Made by a program: the position numbers and the translations under genes | The notes under the pieces: generated by a model | What the model was told of the DNA's origin: nothing | The model's database searches: none | The model's input: only the letters and a program-made list of their open reading frames with translations | Source: an uncultured Bacteroidales bacterium | GTDB lineage: Bacteria > Bacteroidota > Bacteroidia > Bacteroidales > UBA932 | Reading direction: 5' to 3' | Length of the DNA stretch: 44,266 nt | Assembly: GCA_946546175.1 (NCBI GenBank) | Contig: CAMNNY010000144.1 | Location: forward strand, 1-44,266 | Shown here: positions 1 to 9,021 of the stretch, piece by piece | How positions within the stretch are numbered: the first letter of the stretch is position 1 | How the letters are laid out: each line of letters starts with the position of its first letter

Positions 1-1
1 G

Positions 2-166
2 AACCACTGCGGGCTTCGCGTATTCGGCATGTCGGTCATTACCGACCTTGCCCGCGAAGACGCATCCGACGACTATGTCACCGACGGAGAGGAAATAGTA
101 AAGGCGGCCAATCAAGCTACAAGCAAGATGACCGCCCTGTTCGAAAAGATGATCGCCGCTATTTAG
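2..166 (+). CDS. Purine nucleoside phosphorylase (trimeric PNP family), 3' fragment
   Basis: Frame 2 reads [54 protein letters not shown], matching the C-terminus of PNP-I/XapA-type enzymes. Truncated by the window edge and absent from the ORF track. Confidence 0.8.
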   Translation, partial: NHCGLRVFGMSVITDLAREDASDDYVTDGEEIVKAANQATSKMTALFEKMIAAI

Positions 167-1697
167 CGATTGCGACCGATCTTGTCTCTCTGATTACCGT
201 GATCTTGACCTGACCCGGATAGGTCATCTCATCCTGGATACGCTGTGCGATATCAGTGGACAGGCGTGCTGCCTGCTCGTCGCTGATCTCGTCGGCGCCG
301 ACAATCACGCGCAGCTCGCGGCCTGCCTGGATGGCATACGACTTCGTGACACCCTTGTACGAGGCTGCGAGGTCTTCCATACCGCGAAGGCGCTTGATGT
401 AGCTCTCGATAACCTCGCGACGGGCTCCCGGACGGGCTCCGGAGATGGCATCCGCTACAAGCACGAGAGGTGAATAGATGCTGGTCATTTCCATCTCTTC
501 GTGGTGGGCTCCGATTGCATTGACTATCTCAGGACGCTCCTTGTACTGCTCCGCGAGCTTGGCCCCGAGGAGTGCGTGAGGGAGTTCTTCGTCTTCTGTA
601 CTTACCTTGCCGATATCGTGAAGCAGACCGGCCCTTTTGGCTATCTTCGGATTGAGTCCGAGCTCCGCTGCAAGGATCGAGGCGATGGAAGCCACCTCCC
701 TGGAGTGCTGGAGGAGGTTCTGCCCATAGGAAGAACGGTACTTCATGCGGCCGATGAGCCTTACAAGCTCGAGGTTGAGGCCGTGGATTCCGAGGTCGAT
801 ACATGTCCTCTTTCCGGTCTCGAGGATCTCATCTTCGAGCTGCTTGCTCACCTTGGCCACCACCTCTTCGATACGTGCGGGGTGGATACGGCCGTCCGTC
901 ACGAGCTGGTGGAGAGCAAGCCTGGCGACCTCCCTGCGTACGGGATCGAAACCCGAAAGGAGGATGGTGTCCGGGGTATCGTCTACCACGATCTCAACAC
1001 CTGTCGCTGCTTCGAGAGCCCTGATATTGCGCCCTTCGCGACCGATAATGCGGCCTTTGACTTCGTCGTTCTCGATCGGGAAAGTCGTTACGGCATTTTC
1101 GATTGCAGTCTCGGTTGCAGTACGCTGGATAGTATTGATAACGATGCGCTTGGCCTCTTTTGCGGCATTAAGACGGGCTTCGTCCATAGTGTCGTTGATA
1201 TAGGCAAGAGCCTCTGTACGGGCTTCGGCTTTCATGTTTTCGACCAGCATCTTCTTGGCTTCCTCTGCGCTCATGCCGGCAACGGTCTCAAGCTGCTTGT
1301 TGGCCTGGGCTGTGAGGGCTGCGCACTCGGCTTCTTTCTTGGAGAGCTGCTCGCGCTGGGCATTGAGCTGGCCCTTCTGGGAGTCGAGGTCGTGCTGGCG
1401 GCGGCCAAGTTCAGACTGGAGCTGGTTGAGCTGTGTTTCCTTGCTTCGGATGTTGTTTTCGCGGTCGCGAAGCTGGTTGTTCTTCTCACTGACCTTGGTC
1501 TCATACTCCTCCTTGAGCTGAAGGAAATGCTCCTTGGCCTCGAGGGCCTTCTTCTGCTTGAGCGATTCAGCCTCGATGGTGGCTTTCTGGACTATGGCGT
1601 CCCCGCGTCCTTTGCTGACGATACGGGTAATCCCTATGTAAAGTGCCAGGGACAGGACTGCGCCTGCCGCGGCTGCGATGATAATGTAAAGAATCAT
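159..1697 (-). CDS. rny: Ribonuclease Y
   Basis: N-terminal TM helix, coiled coil, KH motif [15 protein letters not shown] motif LLHDIGK and C-terminal [11 protein letters not shown]...[14 protein letters not shown]. Confidence 0.97.
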   Translation of the reverse strand: MILYIIIAAAAGAVLSLALYIGITRIVSKGRGDAIVQKATIEAESLKQKKALEAKEHFLQLKEEYETKVSEKNNQLRDRENNIRSKETQLNQLQSELGRRQHDLDSQKGQLNAQREQLSKKEAECAALTAQANKQLETVAGMSAEEAKKMLVENMKAEARTEALAYINDTMDEARLNAAKEAKRIVINTIQRTATETAIENAVTTFPIENDEVKGRIIGREGRNIRALEAATGVEIVVDDTPDTILLSGFDPVRREVARLALHQLVTDGRIHPARIEEVVAKVSKQLEDEILETGKRTCIDLGIHGLNLELVRLIGRMKYRSSYGQNLLQHSREVASIASILAAELGLNPKIAKRAGLLHDIGKVSTEDEELPHALLGAKLAEQYKERPEIVNAIGAHHEEMEMTSIYSPLVLVADAISGARPGARREVIESYIKRLRGMEDLAASYKGVTKSYAIQAGRELRVIVGADEISDEQAARLSTDIAQRIQDEMTYPGQVKITVIRETRSVAIAK

Positions 1698-1722
1698 GGC
1701 GTGTATATATTGTATAATGTGT

Positions 1723-1762
1723 CAAACAAAAACAGCATCCGCACTTGGTGCAGATACTGTTT
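1723..1762 (-). terminator. Intrinsic terminator-like hairpin between the 6S RNA and rny
   Basis: The minus strand reads AAACAGTATCTGCAC-CAA-GTGCGGATGCTGTTT-TTGTTTG: a 15-bp stem followed by a U-rich tail. Two G-U pairs form only on the minus strand. Confidence 0.7.
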
Positions 1763-1770
1763 GTAAAAAC

Positions 1771-1921
1771 AACCGTTAGTCCTTGGCTGAAACTTTCATA
1801 AAGAAAGATTTGGGGGCCTCACGGTTCAGGCTTCCTGCCCGGAGGCAGGCGTGCTATTCCCGAAGAGAACTTACCCGGTCCCGAAGAACTTGTTTGTTAG
1901 AGCAAGGTGGAACTAACGGTT
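1771..1921 (-). ncRNA. ssrS: Probable 6S RNA
   Basis: The ends pair (AACCGTTAGT..CCTTG with CAAGG..ACTAACGGTT) to close a rod of about 150 nt with an A-rich central bubble, a small CTTTC/GAAAG hairpin on the 3' side and terminal hairpins. It lies directly downstream of zapA, the classical ssrS context. Confidence 0.75.
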
Positions 1922-2215
1922 TTTCTCTATTTTTCCAAGATAGACTCTCAGGTCTTTGGCGAGTTTGGATACTTCGTCGTTCGTCTTGTCGAGATTGCGC
2001 TTGGAAACAAGCATCGAAATCTCCTCGCTGAGGGCCACGAATGCAAGTTTGTCCAATGTTGTCTGTTCGGGGTACTGCTTGTCGTACTCACCGAACTTCT
2101 GATTGATCCTTTCGGCGGCCAGACGCATATAGTGCTCCGACTCCTGGGTTGCCACAAGGGAGTATTCCTTGCCTGCTATCTTCAGCTTGATGCTGTGTTT
2201 TGTTGGGTCAACCAT
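1913..2215 (-). CDS. zapA: Cell division protein ZapA
   Basis: SIKLKIAGKEYSL...EHYMRLAAERIN...LAFVAL followed by a C-terminal coiled coil; located upstream of rny. Confidence 0.9.
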   Translation of the reverse strand: MVDPTKHSIKLKIAGKEYSLVATQESEHYMRLAAERINQKFGEYDKQYPEQTTLDKLAFVALSEEISMLVSKRNLDKTNDEVSKLAKDLRVYLGKIEKNR

Positions 2216-2216
2216 A

Positions 2217-2486
2217 CTAGTTCTCGATCAGCTTGATACACTTGTCGATCTCCCGGATCAGTTTTGCGACTTTCTCCTTGGCTGCAGACTTGTCCCCGCC
2301 TTCGGTAAACGCTCCGGCGAGTTTGAGTGTGTCTATCTGTCTTGTCAAATCAGTTATCTGCTGCTTGTATTTTGCGGCTTCGGATTCTTTGACAACGAGC
2401 TTGGCGGCGAGTTCGTCGGCGCGCTGCTTCTCTGTTTCGTACAGGGAAATCAAATGTTCGATGTCTTTCCTAAGACCAGCAATCAT
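2217..2486 (-). CDS. ZapB-like coiled-coil protein
   Basis: Short coiled coil ending in KLIREIDKCIKLI, immediately upstream of zapA. Start set at ATG 2486 (MIAGLRK), 5 nt after a TATATTTG box. Confidence 0.75.
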   Translation of the reverse strand: MIAGLRKDIEHLISLYETEKQRADELAAKLVVKESEAAKYKQQITDLTRQIDTLKLAGAFTEGGDKSAAKEKVAKLIREIDKCIKLIEN

Positions 2487-2500
2487 ACGCACAAATATAA

Positions 2501-3031
2501 TTATTTTTCGCTTTCCGCACAAGATACACGCTCAACAGAATTGATATCTATATGGGTGAGCGCGGCTCCCAGCACGGAAATACGCACGGCCGCAAAGTGG
2601 CTGCCCTCGAAACTCACGAACTCCACCACCCGGCCTTCGAACGGTCCTTCCTTGACCCTTACCATCTCGCCCGGCTGCAGGGGCGCGTCGGTGACGGTCA
2701 CCTCGCCCTGGGAGCCCGACACCATCTCCATGAAGTCGAGCATCTGCGCCTCCGGGACTTTGGCCGGTTTGCCGGCACGGGGAAACTCCGTAAGGTATTT
2801 GACCAGGTATGGAGAAAAAGCGCAGCTCTCCCGGCGTTCTTTTTCCGTACAACATACGAAAACCACTCTGGGGATCAGTATCTGATCCACGGCCTTCTTG
2901 CGGTCGGACCACTGACGGACAACCTTTCGCACAGGAACATACGTCCTTATGCCATGGGCATTAAGGGCGGCGGCTACGTTGTTTTCCTGACAGGATCGTG
3001 TATATGCTATAAACCAGTGGTTCTCGTTCAT
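2501..3031 (-). CDS. UpxY-family (NusG/RfaH paralog) transcription antiterminator
   Basis: NGN domain WFIAYTRSCQE...YVP...RQWSDRKK...LIPRVVFV and KOW motif GEMVRVKEGPFEG. Start set at ATG 3031. Confidence 0.9.
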   Translation of the reverse strand: MNENHWFIAYTRSCQENNVAAALNAHGIRTYVPVRKVVRQWSDRKKAVDQILIPRVVFVCCTEKERRESCAFSPYLVKYLTEFPRAGKPAKVPEAQMLDFMEMVSGSQGEVTVTDAPLQPGEMVRVKEGPFEGRVVEFVSFEGSHFAAVRISVLGAALTHIDINSVERVSCAESEK

Positions 3032-3037
3032 TGGGTG

Positions 3038-3065
3038 CAAATGTAACCGATTTTGCGTACATTTG
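3038..3065. promoter_or_regulatory. Back-to-back Bacteroidota -7 promoter boxes for upxY and nadE
   Basis: TACATTTG on the minus strand (3038-3045) and on the plus strand (3058-3065); both match TAnnTTTG. Confidence 0.75.
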
Positions 3066-3070
3066 CAATT

Positions 3071-4771
3071 ATGAAAAATAAGCTTGGATTACTGCGCATC
3101 GCAGCAGCGACTCCCAAAATCAAGGTCGCTGATGTCAATGCAAATATCGATGAAATAGTAAGGCTCTGCCGGACCATCGCCTCTGAAAGCAACCCTTCTG
3201 TGATCGTATTTCCGGAACTGTGCGTCACCGGCTACACTTGCGGAGACCTGTTCAATCAGAAGACCCTCCTTAGTGGGGTCGAGAGAGGAATCGAACGGCT
3301 TTGCCGCGAGACTGCAAGCCTTCCCCAGACCATCGTGGTCGGATATCCCGCCGAATGCGAAGGCGAGCCCGTCGATGCCGTGCTCGTGATCCGGGGCGGC
3401 AAGATTCTGGACTTCGAAGGCCACACCTTCGAGCTCGACGGCATTACCTTCGCCATCGAGCTCGGCGACACGCTGCTCGAATCGGGCGTGTCATCCGAAG
3501 GGGCCGAAGGCGCCGACATAATACTCTGCCCTGTAGCATCCTACGAAATCGCAGGCCGCCACGACAAGCGCAAAGCCGCGCTCGCAGCCGAGTCCGCAAG
3601 GCTCTCCGCCGCCTACGTCTACTGCTGCAGCGGGTATGGCGAATCTACCGACGACTTTGCATGGGCCGGGTCTTCGCTGATTTACGCAAACGGGGTCAAG
3701 CTGGCCGAGAATGAGCGTTTCCTGCACGATTCGAGCTGGATCTGCGCCGACATCGACCTCGAGGCGCTCCACGCGCCCGGGCAGGGCTTCCATGCCGACA
3801 GAGCCGGGAAGACTGAGATCGATCCGCATCCCTTCGTTCCGGCAGATCCTGCCAGGCTCAAAGAGCGTTGCCTCGAGATATTCAATATCCAGACGGTCGC
3901 CCTGATGAGCAGGCTCGAGCATATCCACTGCGACAAATGCGTCATCGGAGTATCCGGCGGGCTCGACAGCACACTCGCACTTCTTGTGGTCTGCGAAGCC
4001 TTCGACCGTCTCGGGTTCGACCGCAAGGGAATCTACGCAGTCACCATGCCCTGCTTCGGGACCTCGGACAGGACGCATTCCAATGCATCCTCCCTTATGG
4101 ATGCCCTAGGCCTCACGTCGATGGAAATCGGCATCGGCGAAGCCGTGCTTCAGCATTTCAGGGATATCGGACAGGATCCGTCCAAGCACGATCTCACCTT
4201 CGAGAATGCGCAGGCGCGCGAACGCACGCAGGTACTGATGGACCTCGCCAACAAAGTCGGCGGAATCGTCATCGGCACTGGAGATCTTTCGGAAATAGCT
4301 CTTGGCTGGTGCACCTACAACGGCGACCACATGTCGATGTACGGGGTCAATTCAGGAGTGCCCAAAACCCTTGTCAGGGCTATGGTGCGGCAGCTCGCCT
4401 CCAATTATCCCTGCGAAAAGACCCTGCTCGACATTGCCGACACCCCGGTTTCTCCCGAGCTGGTCCCCGGTCAGGTCACAGAAGATCTCGTCGGACCCTA
4501 CGAACTCCACGATTTCTTCCTGAGGCGATTCTTCCTCAACGAGACCCCGCACGAGATTCTCGACAATGCAGTCAAGGCTTTTGGAAGTTCTTACGACAAA
4601 GAGACCATCCTCAAATGGCTCAGGACTTTCATCAGGCGTTTCTTCAGCCAGCAGTTCAAGAGGTCATGCAGCCCTTGCGGGCCTAAAATCGGAAGTGTAG
4701 GCCTCTCTCCCCAGGACTGGCACATGCCCACAGACGCATCCGCCAGCCTGTGGCTAGCCGATTTGGATTAA
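3071..4771 (+). CDS. nadE: NAD+ synthetase, two-domain NadE with a degenerate glutaminase domain
   Basis: CN-hydrolase start VFPELCVTGYTCGDLF; synthetase motifs GVSGGLDST, ENAQARERT, GTGDLSE and QQFKRS. Confidence 0.93.
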   Translation: MKNKLGLLRIAAATPKIKVADVNANIDEIVRLCRTIASESNPSVIVFPELCVTGYTCGDLFNQKTLLSGVERGIERLCRETASLPQTIVVGYPAECEGEPVDAVLVIRGGKILDFEGHTFELDGITFAIELGDTLLESGVSSEGAEGADIILCPVASYEIAGRHDKRKAALAAESARLSAAYVYCCSGYGESTDDFAWAGSSLIYANGVKLAENERFLHDSSWICADIDLEALHAPGQGFHADRAGKTEIDPHPFVPADPARLKERCLEIFNIQTVALMSRLEHIHCDKCVIGVSGGLDSTLALLVVCEAFDRLGFDRKGIYAVTMPCFGTSDRTHSNASSLMDALGLTSMEIGIGEAVLQHFRDIGQDPSKHDLTFENAQARERTQVLMDLANKVGGIVIGTGDLSEIALGWCTYNGDHMSMYGVNSGVPKTLVRAMVRQLASNYPCEKTLLDIADTPVSPELVPGQVTEDLVGPYELHDFFLRRFFLNETPHEILDNAVKAFGSSYDKETILKWLRTFIRRFFSQQFKRSCSPCGPKIGSVGLSPQDWHMPTDASASLWLADLD

Positions 4772-6477
4772 TCCCCGAACAGTAAGGTCATATCTTCGGA
4801 TATGGCCTTTTTTGCTGTCTTCTCCGGAACGAATTTCCAGTCGCCCATTCCCTCGAACGATCCAGCCTTGACCTCGCCGTGCTCTTCGAAATAGCGATAG
4901 ATGAGGTCGCGGATCTCGGGGAAACGGGCCAGCGTGCGCTCTTCGCGCTGGTCGCGGGTGAGTCCGGCTCCCTTGAAGATGAGGTCTCCCCCGCCGGCTG
5001 CGCGGTACGATGTCATCGCGACCTTGTAGAAGCTCTTCGGATCGAACTTGCTGCCGTCCGCCATCGAACTGATGACGACCCTGCTGCCGAAAGGCTTGGT
5101 GATATCGACCGTGTAATTGAGCCCCGAGGCGCTGTCGAAATTGTAGCTCGGATAGTTGAACGACCACCGGCTCTGGAAGTAGCGGGCATCATCGCGGTCG
5201 GTCATATTGAAGACATGACCGCCGGGCTTGTAGGTGACGATCCACTTGTCGTAGGAGTACTCCAGATAGTTTCGGATCTCTTCTCCGCTCAGTCTCATCA
5301 GATACAGCGAATTCTCGAACGGGTAGATCGTAAACATATCGTTGAATATCACCGGACCGGCCTTCACAGTCTTGTTGAAAGAAAGAGGTGCGGCGAAAGA
5401 GATGTCGGCACCTGCGCCAGTGCGCTGAACATAGTGGATAAAATCGATGTAGAAGCAACGGCCGGCAAAGGATTCGCGTGTGAGCATGTCTTTGTCGATG
5501 CTGCCTGCCTCCTTGACAGTGAATTGTCTGACCTTCGAAAAATCCTCAGCGAAGGCTCTGCGCATTTCGGGGTCCGCTTTGGACTTGTCGACATGGATGA
5601 GCGAAGGCGCGATTGTCTTCGAGCCGTCTTTCGAAAGGGTGATAACGGTATGGCTCAGGTTATGCGCCTTCGAGCCGGTGTTGACGAGCGCTATCGAGTC
5701 GGTGCTTTCTATCCTCGGACGGTGGTCGTGGGAAGTGACGACGAGGTCGACTCCCCTGAGCGAGCGGAAAAGGTCGAGCCCCTGCGCTTCCAGCACCTGC
5801 CCGTCTCCTACGCCCACGCCGCTGTGGACGGCAACGATAGTGACGTCCGGTTTCACCTTCGCCTTGATGGCGTCTATCCTATTCTGTACAAACGGGACAA
5901 GCGAGACGAACTCCATCCCGGACCAGATGCTCCGGTCGAGCCAGGCGGCCATATTGGCATTGGTATAGCCAAGCACCAATACCTTAAGTCCTCCTTTCCG
6001 GAAGACCTTGTATTCGGGCCAGTAAGATGATCCGTCCGGCTTAAGTGCGTTTCCTGCAAGAAAAGGTATCTTATGGGATGCGAGCTGAGCGGTTACGCGG
6101 TCATAGACGGCATGTCCGGTCTCCACATCGTGGTTGCCGACCACTACGGCATCGTATCTCATGTAACTGACCAGCCGCGAGAACAGGTGTTCGCCGGTCG
6201 TGTCCACATAGTTGTAGTAGTATGCGGCATTGTCGCCCTGGAGGCAGTCTCCGGCGTCTATAAGAAGGACGCTTGCCGGGCCGTCAGCCCTGCGGATGCT
6301 GTCTACATAGTGGTTAACGGCAAAAAGGCTCGGGACCGTCCGCCCTCCCACATAGGTCGAATCGAACCATGCGCCGTGGACATCGTTGGTCGAAAGGACA
6401 TGGACGGATCCGGCGTGTGGCTGGCACGCCACGGCAAGCAGGGCGGCGAGGATTACGAGTGAGTATGGCTTTTTCAT
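4768..6477 (-). CDS. 5'-nucleotidase / 2',3'-cyclic-nucleotide phosphodiesterase (CpdB-like) lipoprotein
   Basis: Lipobox LAVAC, metallophosphoesterase motifs NDVHG, DAGDCLQG, GNHD, HSG and SHDH, plus a C-terminal 5'-NT domain (YPFEN). Confidence 0.88.
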   Translation of the reverse strand: MKKPYSLVILAALLAVACQPHAGSVHVLSTNDVHGAWFDSTYVGGRTVPSLFAVNHYVDSIRRADGPASVLLIDAGDCLQGDNAAYYYNYVDTTGEHLFSRLVSYMRYDAVVVGNHDVETGHAVYDRVTAQLASHKIPFLAGNALKPDGSSYWPEYKVFRKGGLKVLVLGYTNANMAAWLDRSIWSGMEFVSLVPFVQNRIDAIKAKVKPDVTIVAVHSGVGVGDGQVLEAQGLDLFRSLRGVDLVVTSHDHRPRIESTDSIALVNTGSKAHNLSHTVITLSKDGSKTIAPSLIHVDKSKADPEMRRAFAEDFSKVRQFTVKEAGSIDKDMLTRESFAGRCFYIDFIHYVQRTGAGADISFAAPLSFNKTVKAGPVIFNDMFTIYPFENSLYLMRLSGEEIRNYLEYSYDKWIVTYKPGGHVFNMTDRDDARYFQSRWSFNYPSYNFDSASGLNYTVDITKPFGSRVVISSMADGSKFDPKSFYKVAMTSYRAAGGGDLIFKGAGLTRDQREERTLARFPEIRDLIYRYFEEHGEVKAGSFEGMGDWKFVPEKTAKKAISEDMTLLFGD

Positions 6478-7553
6478 AAGATATCGAAAAGAAGGCTGAA
6501 ACGCTGCTCGCTTCCCAAAAGCCCTTCCCTGCCCCAGTGGTAGCGCAGGCTCAGCTTAATGTTGAGCTTACGCGAAAGTCGCGGGCTCCAGTAGAGTTCG
6601 GTGAGGTCGTAGAAGCCTTTGTAGAATTTCGAACCGCGGTAGAGCAAGTCGCCGTAGAGGTTGCCGGCGGAATCAGTATCGTGGTAGAAAGGAAGCATAT
6701 CCTTGGTGTAGGAAGTGACATTTCGAAGGCCGAAACTCTTCCACACGGCCTTCGCTTCGAGCTCCCCGCCGAAGGGCAGTCTCAGGTCGTCGTTAAGGCG
6801 GTCCTTCTGATAGCTTCCCAGGGCGCTGAGTTTGAGGCTGAGCTCGGAATCCCGGCTGTCCTGGGCAAAATCGTACTTTACGAAGGCCTGAAGGTGGTGG
6901 TTGTCCACGACCCCGGGCGCCATGACGCTTCCGGCATAGTGATAGAAACTGCCGGCCCAGCCGAGCGACAGGGCGGGCAGCACACTCCATGAGCCGTAGC
7001 TGAGGATCTGGAAGCGCTCCTTGCGGGTGTTACCGTATTTACCCATCCAGTCGAGAGCGAGCTCCGTGCTGAAGCGGCCCTTGGCGAACCCCAGATATGC
7101 TCCGTCCAGGTTGAAATCCGTCTCGATAGTCTCCTCGCTCATCAGCAACTCGCTGTAGTCTCCTCCAACGAGTTTGCGCGGATAAGAGCCCAGAACTGCC
7201 GTAAATGACTTTACTTCATCGCGATAGTCGGATTCAAAAAAAACGGGAATGTCCTCGACTATATCTCTCAGGGCATTGACTTTTGTCCCCATCTGCTTTA
7301 CGAGATCCACGCCCAGAACCATGTTGTAGGTGAGATTCTCACTTTGCTCGAATTCCCAGCCGAAAAGGTGGGTAACCCTCACGAAGTGAATGGTTTCCGA
7401 AGGAATATAACTGTTGTGGGAACGCGCGAATTCGTGGTTGTCGAAGACATAATTGAGGCCGGAGCCCGTGAAAAACCGGCCCTCTGCAAAAAGGGATCCG
7501 GCAGAGAGGATCAGCATGAAAACGACTGATATCAGGTACCTTTTCATATACAT
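6474..7553 (-). CDS. Hypothetical exported protein, probable outer-membrane beta-barrel
   Basis: Signal peptide, alternating aromatic beta-strand pattern and C-terminal QRFSLLF. Overlaps the start of the nucleotidase by 4 nt. The start may be 7547. Confidence 0.65.
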   Translation of the reverse strand: MYMKRYLISVVFMLILSAGSLFAEGRFFTGSGLNYVFDNHEFARSHNSYIPSETIHFVRVTHLFGWEFEQSENLTYNMVLGVDLVKQMGTKVNALRDIVEDIPVFFESDYRDEVKSFTAVLGSYPRKLVGGDYSELLMSEETIETDFNLDGAYLGFAKGRFSTELALDWMGKYGNTRKERFQILSYGSWSVLPALSLGWAGSFYHYAGSVMAPGVVDNHHLQAFVKYDFAQDSRDSELSLKLSALGSYQKDRLNDDLRLPFGGELEAKAVWKSFGLRNVTSYTKDMLPFYHDTDSAGNLYGDLLYRGSKFYKGFYDLTELYWSPRLSRKLNIKLSLRYHWGREGLLGSEQRFSLLFDIL

Positions 7554-7556
7554 CCT

Positions 7557-7585
7557 CAAATTTAAGCAGAATTTGTGTAAATTTG
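7557..7585. promoter_or_regulatory. Divergent -7 boxes for the outer-membrane protein gene and ffh
   Basis: TAAATTTG on the minus strand (7557-7564) and on the plus strand (7578-7585). Confidence 0.65.
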
Positions 7586-7612
7586 CGACTCGTTTGGTAA
7601 ATAAATTACAGC

Positions 7613-8932
7613 ATGTTCGAAAATCTCAGCGAAAGGCTTGAGCGCTCATTCAAGATACTCAAAGGTGAAGGCAAAATCACCGAAATCAATATCTCCGAGA
7701 CCCTGAAAGACGTCCGCAGGGCCCTTCTCGACGCCGATGTCAGCTACAAGGTGGCGAAGGAATTCTGCGACAATGTCAAGAAAAAGGCCCTCGGACAGAA
7801 CGTCCTTACCGCCGTCAAGCCCCAGCAGATGATGGTCAAGATCGTCCACGACGAACTCGTGGAGTTCATGGGCAGCGAGGAGGCGGGGCTCAATCTCAAG
7901 GGCTCCCCCGCCGTCGTACTCATCGCCGGTCTCAACGGTTCGGGTAAGACTACCTTCAGCGGCAAACTTGCACTCTGGCTTAAGAAAAAAGGCAACAAGG
8001 TGCTTCTCGCGGCCTGCGATACCTTCCGCCCCGCCGCCATCGAACAGCTCAAGACCCTTGCCGAAGGAGTCGGCGTGCCTGTGTTCAGCATCGAAGGCGA
8101 GACAGACCCGGTGAAGGTGGCCCGCGCCGCCATCGCCCAGGGCCGCAGCGAGGGCTACGGAGTCGTGATCGTCGATACCGCCGGCCGCCTCGCAGTCGAC
8201 CAGGAGCTCATGGACGAGATCAGGGCCATGCACAAGGCATGCGAACCGAGCGAGACGCTCTTCGTGGTCGACGCCATGACCGGCCAGGACGCAGTCCTGA
8301 GCGCTACCGCCTTCAACGAAGCCATCGACTACGACGGCATCGTCCTTACCAAGCTCGACGGCGACACCCGCGGCGGTGCTGCCCTTTCGGTCAAAGCCGT
8401 CAGCGGCAAGCCTGTCAAGTTCGTCAGCACGGGAGAGAAGATGGAGGCAATCGACATCTTCCACCCTTCGCGCATCGCCGACCGTATCCTCGGAATGGGC
8501 GATGTGGTCTCCCTGGTCGAAAGAGCCCAGGAGCAGTACGACGAGAAGCAGGCCCGCGAACTCAAGAAAAAGGTGGCCAAGGGCAAATTCAATTTCAACG
8601 ACTTCTACGACCAGATCCAGCAGGTCCGCAAGATGGGCGACATCAAGGACCTCGCGGCCATGATCCCCGGCATGGGCAAAGCCGTCAAGGATGTGGACAT
8701 CGACAACGACAAAGCCTTCAAGGGCACCGAAGCCATCATCAGGAGCATGACCCCCTACGAGCGTGAGCACCCCGAGTGCCTCAACGGTTCCCGCCGTCGC
8801 AGGATCGCCACCGGCTCCGGCACCTCCATCGCCGACGTCAACCGCCTCATCAAACAGTTCGAGGGTTCTCAGAAGATGATGAAGATGGCGATGGACGGAT
8901 CGCTCCAGAAGCGCCTTCAAGGGATGAGGTAA
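7613..8932 (+). CDS. ffh: Signal recognition particle protein Ffh
   Basis: MFENLSERL start, GLNGSGKTT, DTFRPAA, DTAGR, TKLDGDTRGGAALS and a Met-rich M domain. Confidence 0.98.
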   Translation: MFENLSERLERSFKILKGEGKITEINISETLKDVRRALLDADVSYKVAKEFCDNVKKKALGQNVLTAVKPQQMMVKIVHDELVEFMGSEEAGLNLKGSPAVVLIAGLNGSGKTTFSGKLALWLKKKGNKVLLAACDTFRPAAIEQLKTLAEGVGVPVFSIEGETDPVKVARAAIAQGRSEGYGVVIVDTAGRLAVDQELMDEIRAMHKACEPSETLFVVDAMTGQDAVLSATAFNEAIDYDGIVLTKLDGDTRGGAALSVKAVSGKPVKFVSTGEKMEAIDIFHPSRIADRILGMGDVVSLVERAQEQYDEKQARELKKKVAKGKFNFNDFYDQIQQVRKMGDIKDLAAMIPGMGKAVKDVDIDNDKAFKGTEAIIRSMTPYEREHPECLNGSRRRRIATGSGTSIADVNRLIKQFEGSQKMMKMAMDGSLQKRLQGMR

Positions 8933-8958
8933 CGGCCGTGCCCGGTGGGCCGTCTTGG

Positions 8959-9017
8959 CCCCGGCCGTGCCCCGACCTAGTCCCGACCTAGCCCCGACCT
9001 AGCCCCGGCCGTGCCCC
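8959..9017. repeat. 11-bp tandem repeat, about 5.4 copies
   Basis: CCCCGGCCGTG / CCCCGACCTAG / TCCCGACCTAG / CCCCGACCTAG / CCCCGGCCGTG / CCCC. Confidence 0.9.
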
Positions 9018-9021
9018 CAAA

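Noticed and set aside
501-1766. 421-aa ORF antisense to rny, and similar long shadows at 7646-8920, 18963-20453, 20850-22100, 22623-23846 and 27800-28969
   Set aside because: These are in-register antisense shadows of well-identified genes, produced by strong GC3 codon bias. They carry no recognisable motifs.
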